Position numbers and translations under genes: made by a program
Part shown: positions 27,982 to 36,955 of the stretch, one piece after another
Layout: the number at the start of each line of letters is the position of its first letter
Position numbering within the stretch: the stretch's first letter is position 1
NCBI GenBank assembly: GCA_045863395.1
Contig: BTVJ01000001.1
Coordinates: forward strand, 288,001 to 352,000
Source of the DNA: Myxococcales bacterium
GTDB taxonomy: Bacteria > Myxococcota_A > UBA9042 > JABWCM01 > BTVJ01
Direction of reading: 5' to 3'
DNA length: 64,000 nt
The notes under the pieces: model-generated
Databases searched by the model: none
The model's input: only the letters and a program-made list of their open reading frames with translations
What the model was told of the DNA's origin: nothing

Positions 27982-29226
27982 ATGTATGATTTTCTCCTGA
28001 CCGACGAGCAGCGGACGCTCCGCGACGAGGTGCGGGACCTGGTGCGCTGGGTGCCCCGCGACATGGTCGTCGCGATGGACAAGGACGAGATCCGCTTCCC
28101 GCGCGAGTTCCTCCGCGAGGCGGGGCGCCGGAACCTGCTCGGCTGCCGCTACCCGAAGCAGTGGGGCGGCCGGGGCCTCGACTGGCAGGCCGCGTGCGTC
28201 GTGATGGAGGAGGTCGGCACCCTCGGCTACATCTTCGCGTGCACGTTCGGCGTCGGCGCCGAGCTGGTGTGCGACGCCATCATGCGCCACGGCACGGACG
28301 CGCAGCGCGAGCGCTACGTGCGCCCCCTCCTGCGCGGCGAGCTCTTCGCCGCCGAGGCCCTCACCGAGCCCCGCGGCGGGTCTGACTTCTTCGGCGCCAC
28401 GACGACCGCCATCGACCGGGGCGACCACTTCATCCTCAACGGCCAGAAGCGCTTCATCGTCGGCGCCGAGGGGGCAGACACCTTCCTCGTCTACGCGCGC
28501 ACCGACCCGGACGCGAAGCCCCACAAGGGCCTGAGCGCCCTCCTCGTGGACCGGGGCGACGGCGTCTCCGTCGAGTACGTCTACGGCCTGATGGGCTGCC
28601 ACGGCGGCGGCACCGGGCGCGTGGTGTTCAAAGACGTGCGCGTCCCGAAGGAGAACGTCGTCGGCCGCGAGAACGGAGGCGCGGCGGTCTTCGAGACCAT
28701 GATGATCCCCGAGCGCCTCGGTACGGCGGCCATGACCATCGGCCCGGCCCGCGCAGCCCTCGAGGTCGCGGGCACCTACACGACCCGCCGCAAGGCCTTC
28801 GGGCGCCGCATCAACGAGTTCCAGGGCGTGAGCTTCCAGGTGGCCGAGGCGTCGATGCTGCTCGACGCGTCGCGCTCCCTCGTCTACACGACGGCGCGCG
28901 CCGTGGACGCCGGCGAGGACCCGGCCCGCACGCGGCGCTACATCAGCGAGACCAAGAGGTTCGTCACGGAGAGCTGCCAGAAGGTCGTCCACAACGCCAT
29001 GCAGGTCATGGGCGGCATCGGCTACACGGACGTCTACCCGGTGGAGCGCCACCACCGCGACCTGCGCCTCGCCTCCATCTGGACCGGCACCAACGAGGTG
29101 ATGAGCATGATCATCGCCCACGAGTGGTACGCGGAGCACGCGGCGCGCCGCGCCACAGGCCGGGAGCGGGACCTCGAGGCCGACGCCATCCACGCCACCG
29201 ACGTCGCCGAGAAGGTGTACGAGTGA
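27982..29226 (+). CDS. Acyl-CoA dehydrogenase
   Basis: ALTEPRGGSD, LNGQKRFI, RKAFGR.I.EFQ, QVMGGIGY, IWTGTNE; AAGGAGG RBS. Confidence 0.95.
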   Translation: MYDFLLTDEQRTLRDEVRDLVRWVPRDMVVAMDKDEIRFPREFLREAGRRNLLGCRYPKQWGGRGLDWQAACVVMEEVGTLGYIFACTFGVGAELVCDAIMRHGTDAQRERYVRPLLRGELFAAEALTEPRGGSDFFGATTTAIDRGDHFILNGQKRFIVGAEGADTFLVYARTDPDAKPHKGLSALLVDRGDGVSVEYVYGLMGCHGGGTGRVVFKDVRVPKENVVGRENGGAAVFETMMIPERLGTAAMTIGPARAALEVAGTYTTRRKAFGRRINEFQGVSFQVAEASMLLDASRSLVYTTARAVDAGEDPARTRRYISETKRFVTESCQKVVHNAMQVMGGIGYTDVYPVERHHRDLRLASIWTGTNEVMSMIIAHEWYAEHAARRATGRERDLEADAIHATDVAEKVYE

Positions 29227-29470
29227 CCCCCTGGTCCACCGCCGGGCCCCGCAGTGGCGGGCGCACCGGCCTCCCCCCACCGACTGGATGAGGCGGTCCG
29301 TGGGGCGCCCCGCGGACGTCGCCCACGACGGGCGCCCGAACCGATCCGGCGGCAGCTCCTGTTGCGCGGGCCCTTCTGCCTGGTGCGGGTCTGTGGGTCG
29401 AGGCGACGTGCTCCTTGCACCACGCAGGGAAGGAGGTCACGCGTCGCTCGCCCGCCAACGAGCGGGGGCC

Positions 29471-30958
29471 TCACGGTGCGCCGCCATGGGCGCCGAGGTC
29501 GGAGCCGTCCTCGGCGGCGCCAAGGGCCGGGCTCCCGGGGAGGAGGCGGAAGTCGTGGGCGGCGGCATCCACGAAGAGGGGGTCCACGCCAGGGAGGTTG
29601 CCCGCGCCGAAGGTGACCGTGATGCCATTGTCGACGGTGGCGCTCTGGACGTCGGACCAGGTCACGGTGACCTCGGCGGGGCAGGATGCGGCCTGACACG
29701 AGGTGCTCAAGTCAGCGCCCTCCGCGTTTCCCCAGAAGATGGCGTTCGTGAAGGTGTGGGAGTCCGGGGCGGCGTTCGCCTGGTCGATCTGGACGCCGGG
29801 GCCCGGGGCGCCGCAGCCCGCGGCAAGGGCGCCGTAGATCGTCACGTGGTCGAAGGTGGAGACGGTGGGGGCGGCCGGGTCGGATCCTGCGTCCAGGTAC
29901 ACGTTGCCGCCGCAGTTGCTGTCGTAGATCTCGTGGGAGGCGATGCAGGTCGCCGCGTCGTCGCAGAAGAAGCCCCCGCCCGCCACCTCGGCGCGGTTTC
30001 CGCGGTAGACGTTCCCGCTCAGCCGGGCCGTCGTGTGCTGGCCCTGCCCGACCATGGCGCCGACGTAGAGGCCGGCGCCCCAGGCGGTCACCGTGTTGTC
30101 CGTGAACAGGTTCCCCGTCACGGTGAGGTCCGCGCAGAAGAGGTAGAGGCCGCCGCCGTGGCTTGTCTGCGGCTCGTCGCCCGCGTTCGCGTCAATCCAG
30201 TTGTCCGCGACGGTGACCTCGTTGCTGGCCGTACCGTCGTCGAGAGCACCTCCACCGCCGCGACCGCAGGAGTTGCCGGCGATGACGTTGCCCCGGATGG
30301 CCCCTGACACGTTGCTCAATGCGAAGCCACCACCGACGAGGCCTGGCGCGCAGTGGTTGCCGTGGATGTGGTTGTTCGTGAGGTCGAAGCGCTGCGACGC
30401 CCAGTGCACGCGAACTACGCCCTGCGCGTACCCAGTGATCTCGAAGCCGTCGATCACCGTGCGCTGGTCTCCGGTGGGGGCCTCGTCCCGGACCTCGAAG
30501 AAGGCGCCTGTGCCGTCGCCCAGCGCCCGCGAGACGTACAGGGCGGAGTCGCGATCCTGGAAGCCCTGGCCTGACCGGAAGCCGCCGGCCAGCGTGAGGG
30601 ACTTCGTGCCTGGGGCGAGCTTCTCCGGGTACGTGCCCTCGGCCACGCAGATGACCGCACCCGAGGGGGCGGCGGTGATCGCAGCGGTGATCGTCGGGTG
30701 GGGGCTCTTGGCGCTGCCGTCCGCGGCACCGGCCTGTGCGGCATCGACATGGAGGGTGCAGGTCGGGATCGCGGTGGCGCGCGCGACGCGGAGGCCGCCG
30801 CGTGGGACGTCTGCGGTGGGCGCCGCGTCGCCTCGGGGCGCGTCGGCCACGGCGTCCGAGGCGCCACTGCCAGCGTCCGCCAGGGCGCCTTCCGCCCCTC
30901 CGTCCGCACAGGCTGCCATCCACCCAAACGCTGCGACCAGGACCACGCGCCAGCACAT
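29471..30958 (-). CDS. Right-handed parallel beta-helix (pectin lyase-like) lipoprotein
   Basis: MAAC lipobox; GSAKSPHPTITAAI, VAEGTY.E, IDGFEITG, repeated N....GGG units, DPLFVD....DFRL..GSPA. Confidence 0.82.
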   Translation of the reverse strand: MCWRVVLVAAFGWMAACADGGAEGALADAGSGASDAVADAPRGDAAPTADVPRGGLRVARATAIPTCTLHVDAAQAGAADGSAKSPHPTITAAITAAPSGAVICVAEGTYPEKLAPGTKSLTLAGGFRSGQGFQDRDSALYVSRALGDGTGAFFEVRDEAPTGDQRTVIDGFEITGYAQGVVRVHWASQRFDLTNNHIHGNHCAPGLVGGGFALSNVSGAIRGNVIAGNSCGRGGGGALDDGTASNEVTVADNWIDANAGDEPQTSHGGGLYLFCADLTVTGNLFTDNTVTAWGAGLYVGAMVGQGQHTTARLSGNVYRGNRAEVAGGGFFCDDAATCIASHEIYDSNCGGNVYLDAGSDPAAPTVSTFDHVTIYGALAAGCGAPGPGVQIDQANAAPDSHTFTNAIFWGNAEGADLSTSCQAASCPAEVTVTWSDVQSATVDNGITVTFGAGNLPGVDPLFVDAAAHDFRLLPGSPALGAAEDGSDLGAHGGAP

Positions 30959-31082
30959 CGTGTTCGCTCCTCCGCCCCCTCCCGAGGGCGGCTCTGTGTC
31001 GTGCGCCGCCGCGTCGGCCCTGTGGGCCGCCTCGTGGCTCGCCAGCGCCGCGGGCGCCACCGCCGGCGCCAGCGCACAGGAG

Positions 31083-31553
31083 TCAGAGGAGCCGATCACG
31101 GCGCTCCGCATACCGCTGTTCGTGGGCCAGAAGCCAGCGCTTGACGGGGATTCCCCCACCGAACCCGGTCAGCGAGCCGCCCGCGCCGATGACGCGGTGG
31201 CAGGGGACGAGGATCGGCAGCGGGTTCCTCCCGTTCGCCGCTCCGACCGCGCGAGAGGCGGACGGACGACCGACGGTTGCGGCCAGCTCCGCGTAGGTGC
31301 GCGTCTCGCCGTAGGGGATCCCGCGGAGCGCCTCCCACACGGAGAGCTGGAACGGCGTCCCCTGCGGTGCCAGCGGCAGCGTGAACTCCCGGCGCTCGCC
31401 GCGGAGCCACTCGGAGAGCTCTGCCACGGCCTGGTCGAGCAAGGGCGACGAGTCGTCCCCCTCCCCGGCGCCAAACCAGACATGGACGACGGCGACGTCG
31501 CTCGTGACGATTCGGAGCGGCCCGAATGGGGTCGTGATCGTGCGCTCCTGCAT
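31083..31553 (-). CDS. ogt: Methylated-DNA--protein-cysteine S-methyltransferase
   Basis: GTPFQ..VW..L..IPYGETRTY, RAVGAANG.NP..ILVPCHRVIG. Confidence 0.95.
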   Translation of the reverse strand: MQERTITTPFGPLRIVTSDVAVVHVWFGAGEGDDSSPLLDQAVAELSEWLRGERREFTLPLAPQGTPFQLSVWEALRGIPYGETRTYAELAATVGRPSASRAVGAANGRNPLPILVPCHRVIGAGGSLTGFGGGIPVKRWLLAHEQRYAERRDRLL

Positions 31554-31801
31554 CACGGCGTCCCTCCACGGTGTGGTCCACTGGTGGAGCCGTGCGTCCG
31601 CCCGTACCAGGGCATCGTGGGCTTCATGTGCACATGCATACCGCAGGCAGCGGCGCCCGTCTCGCCATTTCTGGACGCGGGGGCAACTTCGATCAGCGCG
31701 GCGCCTCCCGTGTCCGTCGCGCCGTGCTCGGCGCCTGCTTGACGCGCCCCTCGCGACCGGCCACGCTCTGACGCCGGAGTCCTGCACCGGCGGAGCGCCC
31801 C

Positions 31802-33004
31802 TTGCGAGAGCTGCCACGCTTCGACATCGACGGCTACCGCGCGCTGCTCGGCGCGCTGCTCGGCGCCGGCGTGAGCGTCGTGCCCGTGGGGCGCATGCGC
31901 GAGCCGCACGAGCCCCCCGTGCTGTTCCTGCGGCACGACGTAGACTTCTTCCCGGCGCCCGCGCTCGCCTTCGCCGAGGCCGAGGCTGCCCTCGGAGTGC
32001 GCGCGACCTACTACTTCCTGCTCACGGGGCCCTACAACCTCCACGCGCACGCGGAGCGGGGTCTGCTCCGCCGCATCGCGGCGATGGAGCACGAGGTGGG
32101 GCTCCACTACGACCTGGAGACCTGGCCCGAGGGAGCCGAGGAGGCGCGTGAGCGGCTCCGTGAGGAGCTGCGCGTGCTCTCTGCGCTCGTCGGTCGGCCC
32201 GTGACCACCATCAGCACCCACAACCCCCACCGGGGCGGCGCCGACCCCTTCCGCACCTTGGACGATCTGGTGCACCCCCACGACCCGCGAGGGGCGCCGC
32301 TCGCCTATGTGAGCGATAGCTGTCGGGGCTGGCGCGATCTGGAGCTGCTGCGGTGGATCGACGCTCCACCCCCGCGCGCCATGCTGCTCACCCACCCCGA
32401 GCTGTGGCTCGACGGGTCGGTGGTCGACCGCCTCGACTACCTGGAGCGGGTGGTGCTCCCCCGCGCGGTGGGGCCGCTCCAGCGGTACTTCGGCGAGGAC
32501 GTGCGGGCCATCTGGCGAGACCACGCGGGAGGGCGCGCCCACGACCAGCGCACCGGCGCCGCCTTGAGGATCACCTGGCCGGACCGCGCGGGCGTGGAGG
32601 CGTCCCTCGACGCGGTGATGGCGCGCTTCACCGAGTTCACGGAGCTGCCCTGGACCCGGGAGCAGGTGCTCACCGAGCTGCCCGGCAAGTGGGAGGTCAG
32701 CGCCCTCGCGTGGCGCGCAGGTGCGCTCGTCGGGATGTCGTTCAACTCCATCCGTGGCGGGGAGCTCTACGTGCACGCCTTCTTCACGGCGCCGGAGTCG
32801 CGGCGGAGCGGGCTCGGAGCCCGCCTGATGGGCGCGGTGGTGGACCGGGCGCGCGCGCTCCACCTGCCCGGGGTGCGGCTCAAGGTGGATCAGGCGAACG
32901 GGCGGGCTCTCCGGTTCTACCTCGGGCTGGGCTTCGCGGTGGTCGCCACCGAACCCGACCGGCACATGCTGGAGCTCCTCCTTCCGGTGGGGGCCGCCCC
33001 GTGA
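31802..33004 (+). CDS. Polysaccharide-deacetylase-like domain fused to GNAT acetyltransferase
   Basis: LRHDVDF, HEVGLHYD, YVSDS..GW, LTHPELW; C-terminal RRSGLGARLM...N.RALRFY..LGF. Confidence 0.75.
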   Translation: MRELPRFDIDGYRALLGALLGAGVSVVPVGRMREPHEPPVLFLRHDVDFFPAPALAFAEAEAALGVRATYYFLLTGPYNLHAHAERGLLRRIAAMEHEVGLHYDLETWPEGAEEARERLREELRVLSALVGRPVTTISTHNPHRGGADPFRTLDDLVHPHDPRGAPLAYVSDSCRGWRDLELLRWIDAPPPRAMLLTHPELWLDGSVVDRLDYLERVVLPRAVGPLQRYFGEDVRAIWRDHAGGRAHDQRTGAALRITWPDRAGVEASLDAVMARFTEFTELPWTREQVLTELPGKWEVSALAWRAGALVGMSFNSIRGGELYVHAFFTAPESRRSGLGARLMGAVVDRARALHLPGVRLKVDQANGRALRFYLGLGFAVVATEPDRHMLELLLPVGAAP

Positions 33005-33759
33005 CGGTCGCGGCCATCCACCAGCCCAACCTGCTGCCCTGGCTCGGGTGGTTCGACAAGCTGGACCGGGCAGACGTGTTCGTGCTCCTCGACCAGGTGT
33101 GGCTCAACCGGCGGAGCACCACCCACCGGGTGGGCGTCCTGCACCATGGGCGGGCCCTGCAGATCGCCGTGCCGGTGCAGCATGTGGGGACCCAGGAGCT
33201 GCCGATCTGCGAGGCGCGCCTCGACCCCGGCGGCCGGAGGCTCCAGAGCGTCGCCGAGACGTTGCGCCACTGCTATGGGCGCATGCCGCACTGGCGCGAC
33301 GTGGGGGAGCCCGTCCTGGCCCTGCTGCTCGACCCGCCGGAGCGCCTGCTCGACTTGAACCTCGCGCTGATCCGGCACCTGCTGACCCAGCTCGGGCTGG
33401 ATGCCGGGAAGCTGCGCCTCCAGTCCGACCTCGGCGGGATCGGGCGCAAGGCGGAGCTGATGGCCTCGCTGACCCGCGCCGCGGGGGCGGGCACCTACCT
33501 GTCGGGGGGACACCCGCCCGAGGCGGGTCGCAGCGGCACAGGCGCCGACTACAATGACCCAGCTGTCTTCTCCGAGTACGGCGTGGCGCTCGTCTATCAG
33601 TCCTTCCGCCACCCGGTGTACCCCCAGGGCGGGCCGTTCGTGCCCGGCCTCTCGGCGCTCGACGCCCTGGTGAGGCTGGGCGGAGCGGCGACCCTGGCGC
33701 TCCTGCGGGAGGCGCGGGGGAATTCGCGAGGCCCCACCCCGGTTGAGCCGCCTTCATGA
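33001..33759 (+). CDS. wbqC: WbqC family protein
   Basis: AIHQPN.LPWLGWFDK...DVFVLLD, YLSG, HPVYPQ...FVPGLSALD; GTGA overlap. Confidence 0.9.
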   Translation: MTVAAIHQPNLLPWLGWFDKLDRADVFVLLDQVWLNRRSTTHRVGVLHHGRALQIAVPVQHVGTQELPICEARLDPGGRRLQSVAETLRHCYGRMPHWRDVGEPVLALLLDPPERLLDLNLALIRHLLTQLGLDAGKLRLQSDLGGIGRKAELMASLTRAAGAGTYLSGGHPPEAGRSGTGADYNDPAVFSEYGVALVYQSFRHPVYPQGGPFVPGLSALDALVRLGGAATLALLREARGNSRGPTPVEPPS

Positions 33760-36329
33760 CGCCTCCCATGCCACGCGCATCCCTCGCCGGCGACACTCCC
33801 CCCGTGCCCGCCCTGCGCCTCATGGCCCGCCTCTTCTGGCCCTACCGCGGGCGCATCCTGCTCTTCGCGGCCACCATCGCGCTGGGCATCGGGTCGCTGT
33901 TCGCCGTGTCCAACCTGCTCGGGCTGGTCGAGCGCACGCTGGCCGAGCAGGCCCGCTCCCTGATGAGCGCGGACCTGGCGGTGTCGAGCTGGCGGCCGCT
34001 GGACGACGACGCGCGCGGGGCGCTGGAGGAGACCCTCGCCGGGGAGCGGGTCCGGCGGACCGACGTGCTGGAGCTTGCGTCCATGGCGCGGGCGGGGGAC
34101 ACCCCCTTCCTGGTCACGGTGCGGGGGGTGGAGCCCACCTACCCGCTGCACGGCGACATCGGGGCGGACGGTTGGGAGGGGTCGCTCACCGGGGATGCGT
34201 GCCTGATCGACCCCTCCATGGCGGCGCAGCGGGGGCTCGGCCCGGGCGACACCCTGGAGCTGGGTCGCGCGCGGTTCCGGGTGGCGGCCGTGCTCTCGCG
34301 GGACCCGGACCGCGCCACGGCCGGGGTGTTCGCGTTTGCGCCGAGGGTCATCGTGCCGCTCGACGCCCTCGCAGCCACGGGCCTCGTCGACCAGAAGAGC
34401 CGGGTGCGCCGCACCTCCTTCATCGCGGTCGACGCGGGCGCCGAGGACCCCACCCCGCGCGTGCGTCGCCTGGCGCAGCAGCTCACGGAGCGCATCGGGT
34501 CGCCCAACGTCGAGATCACGAGCTTCGTCGACGCGCAGCCCACCACCTCCGAGATGTTCCGCCTCATCGCCACCTTCTTCGCCATGGTGGCGCTCGTGAC
34601 CCTGGTGCTCGGCACCCTCGGGGTGGTGGTGGGGGTGCTGTCCCTGCTCAACGACCACCTGGAGATCATCGCCACCCTGCGGTGCCTGGGGGTGGACCCG
34701 CGGTCGGTCTCGCGCGCCTACCTGGGGCTCTGCGCAGGCATCGGGCTCCTTGGCGGGGTCCTCGGCGTCGCGGTGGGGGCCGCGCTCGACGCCCTGGCCG
34801 TGGACGCGGTGGCGGCGGCGACGGACCTCCCCTTGACCCTTCGGATCGGGGCGGGCGAGGTCGCGCGGGCCCTGGTCCTCGGGGTGGGGATCGCGGTGGC
34901 GTTCAACCTGGCGTCGGTGCGGGCGCTCGCGCGCGTCGCGCCCCGTGACATGCGGAGCCCCGACGCCCGCCCCCTGGCGCTGCGGCGCCTGGATCTCGCG
35001 CTGCTGGTGGTGGGGGCGCTCCTCGCGGTGGGGGCGTGGCTGTGGGTGGAGACGCGGAGCCCCATCCTGTCCGCGGGCTTCGCGCTGGGGCTCGCCGCCA
35101 CGGCGGGGGCGGCGCTGCTGCTGGTGGGGGCGGGGTTCCTGGTGCTGGGGGGGCTCCACCGGGCGCTGCTCCGCGTGCGCTCCCCCCTGGTGCTGCGCCA
35201 CGGGATCCTCCAGGTGGTCCGCAACCGCCGCCGCTCGCTGGCCTACCTGATCACGCTCGGGCTCGGCCTCACCCTGGTGGTGGCGCTCGGGCTCATCCAG
35301 CACAGCATCGAGGCGGAGCTGCAGCTCGACGGGGAGGTCCCGAACCTGTTCCTGGTGGACGTGCAGACGGACCAGGCGGCGGACGTGGAGGCCTTCGCGG
35401 GGAGGGCTGGGGCGACGCGCCTGTCTCTGAGCCCGCTGGTGCGGGCGCGCCTCGTGTCCATCGACGGGCAGGCGGTGGTGCGGGACGAGGGCGGGACCCG
35501 CGAGGAGCGGCGACGGCAGCGCATGCTGAGCCGCGAGTACAACCTGACGGGGAAGGACGCGCTCAACGCCAGCGAGACGGTGGTGGAGGGGCGGCTGTGG
35601 GAGCCCGGGACGACGGCGGTGGAGCTGAGCCTGGAGCGGCGCTTCGCCGACCGGCTCGGCGTGGGGCTCGGTGGCCGCCTGACCTTCGACGTGCAGGGGA
35701 GGCCCCTCGACGGCGTCGTGACCAGCATCCGCCAGATCAACTGGCTCAGCCTGCTGCCCAACTTCTTCGTCGTGCTCCCGGCGCAGGTCCTGGAAGGGGC
35801 GCCCCAGACGCTCATCGGCTCGCTGCGGCTGCCCGGCGTGGAGCGCATGGCGGAGTTTCAGCGGGAGCTCTTCGCCGCCCACCCCAACATCAGCGTCATC
35901 GACCTCGGGCCCCTGTTCGGCCAGGTGCGGCGCCTGCTCGGGACCGTCGGCGCCACCATCCAGCTCCTCGCGGCCGTGTGCGCGGGGGTGGGCCTGCTGA
36001 TCCTGCTGCTCGCGCTGCGGCTCGGGCGACCCGAGCGCGTGCGGCAGGCGGCGATCCTGCGGGCGCTCGGCTTCGACACGCGCCAGATCCTGGGCCTCGA
36101 CCTCGTGGAGCACGCGGCCGTGGGGCTGATCGCGGCCGTGACCGTGCTGGTGCTCGCGACCACCTTCGCGGCGGTGGCCCTCGGGAGCATGGACGTGCGC
36201 CCGCGCTTCCCCCCCGGCGCCCTCGCCGCCGCCGCCCTCGTCGCGATCGCGCTGCCGGTGGTGGCGGCGCTGCTCTCCAACACCCCGGCCTACCGGCGGG
36301 GCGTTCGCGCGGCGTTCAGCGCGGGGTGA
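33756..36329 (+). CDS. ybbP: ABC transporter permease (YbbP/FtsX-like, duplicated architecture)
   Basis: ARSLMSADL, VEPTYPLHG, LRCLG, PNLFLVDVQ.DQ, REYNLT, NFFVV, LRALG; ATGA overlap. Confidence 0.88.
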   Translation: MTPPMPRASLAGDTPPVPALRLMARLFWPYRGRILLFAATIALGIGSLFAVSNLLGLVERTLAEQARSLMSADLAVSSWRPLDDDARGALEETLAGERVRRTDVLELASMARAGDTPFLVTVRGVEPTYPLHGDIGADGWEGSLTGDACLIDPSMAAQRGLGPGDTLELGRARFRVAAVLSRDPDRATAGVFAFAPRVIVPLDALAATGLVDQKSRVRRTSFIAVDAGAEDPTPRVRRLAQQLTERIGSPNVEITSFVDAQPTTSEMFRLIATFFAMVALVTLVLGTLGVVVGVLSLLNDHLEIIATLRCLGVDPRSVSRAYLGLCAGIGLLGGVLGVAVGAALDALAVDAVAAATDLPLTLRIGAGEVARALVLGVGIAVAFNLASVRALARVAPRDMRSPDARPLALRRLDLALLVVGALLAVGAWLWVETRSPILSAGFALGLAATAGAALLLVGAGFLVLGGLHRALLRVRSPLVLRHGILQVVRNRRRSLAYLITLGLGLTLVVALGLIQHSIEAELQLDGEVPNLFLVDVQTDQAADVEAFAGRAGATRLSLSPLVRARLVSIDGQAVVRDEGGTREERRRQRMLSREYNLTGKDALNASETVVEGRLWEPGTTAVELSLERRFADRLGVGLGGRLTFDVQGRPLDGVVTSIRQINWLSLLPNFFVVLPAQVLEGAPQTLIGSLRLPGVERMAEFQRELFAAHPNISVIDLGPLFGQVRRLLGTVGATIQLLAAVCAGVGLLILLLALRLGRPERVRQAAILRALGFDTRQILGLDLVEHAAVGLIAAVTVLVLATTFAAVALGSMDVRPRFPPGALAAAALVAIALPVVAALLSNTPAYRRGVRAAFSAG

Positions 36330-36424
36330 GGGCTCGGTGGGGGCGACGCCGCAGCGCCGTGCGGGCCCCACAGCGGCCCCTGGCCCTCGCCGCACGGCTC
36401 CTGCTCTGGCCGCTTGTCGTCGAC

Positions 36425-36446
36425 TCCACCAGGTTATACTGGTGGA
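36425..36446. promoter_or_regulatory. Palindrome overlapping a TATACT -10 element
   Basis: TCCACCAG-GTTATA-CTGGTGGA, 15 nt before ATG 36462. Confidence 0.45.
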
Positions 36447-36461
36447 TGAGGTGCGCGAACC

Positions 36462-36944
36462 ATGATAGTTCTGGCGTTCATCCTGATCGCGGGGGTCACC
36501 CCGGAGGCGGACATGGAGAAGCTCATCGCCGCGCTGTCCGCGGTCGCCGCCGGAGCGACGCCTGCGGCCCAGCTCACCGGCGCCTACGCGGACGGCAACG
36601 GCCTCGACGGGTGGACGCACGTGACGATCCAGGGCGGCGAGGTCCACGTGAAGCGGACCCGCCCGCGCAAGCCCGACGCCGAGTTCAAGGGCGCGTTGTT
36701 GGAGAGTGAGGCGCGCGAGCTGGCGCGGCTGGCCGTGGACGGCAAGCTCTGGACGGTGGTGTCCGCCCGCGCCCACGGTGTGCCCGACGAGACGCAGCCC
36801 AGGATCACGCTCGGCGTCGACGGCGCCGAGCTCTCGGTGAAGCTCTGGGACAACGAGGCGGACGGCGTGCCCGCGTTCAGCGCGGTGCGCAGAACCCTGT
36901 TGGCTATTGCCGCGCGCGTGAGCCGCGGCGCAGTGACGTACTGA
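36462..36944 (+). CDS. Small exported hypothetical protein, possibly an emfourin-like protease inhibitor
   Basis: Hydrophobic N-terminus; GVPDETQPRITLGVDG motif. Confidence 0.6.
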   Translation: MIVLAFILIAGVTPEADMEKLIAALSAVAAGATPAAQLTGAYADGNGLDGWTHVTIQGGEVHVKRTRPRKPDAEFKGALLESEARELARLAVDGKLWTVVSARAHGVPDETQPRITLGVDGAELSVKLWDNEADGVPAFSAVRRTLLAIAARVSRGAVTY

Positions 36945-36955
36945 GGAGCAGGGAC

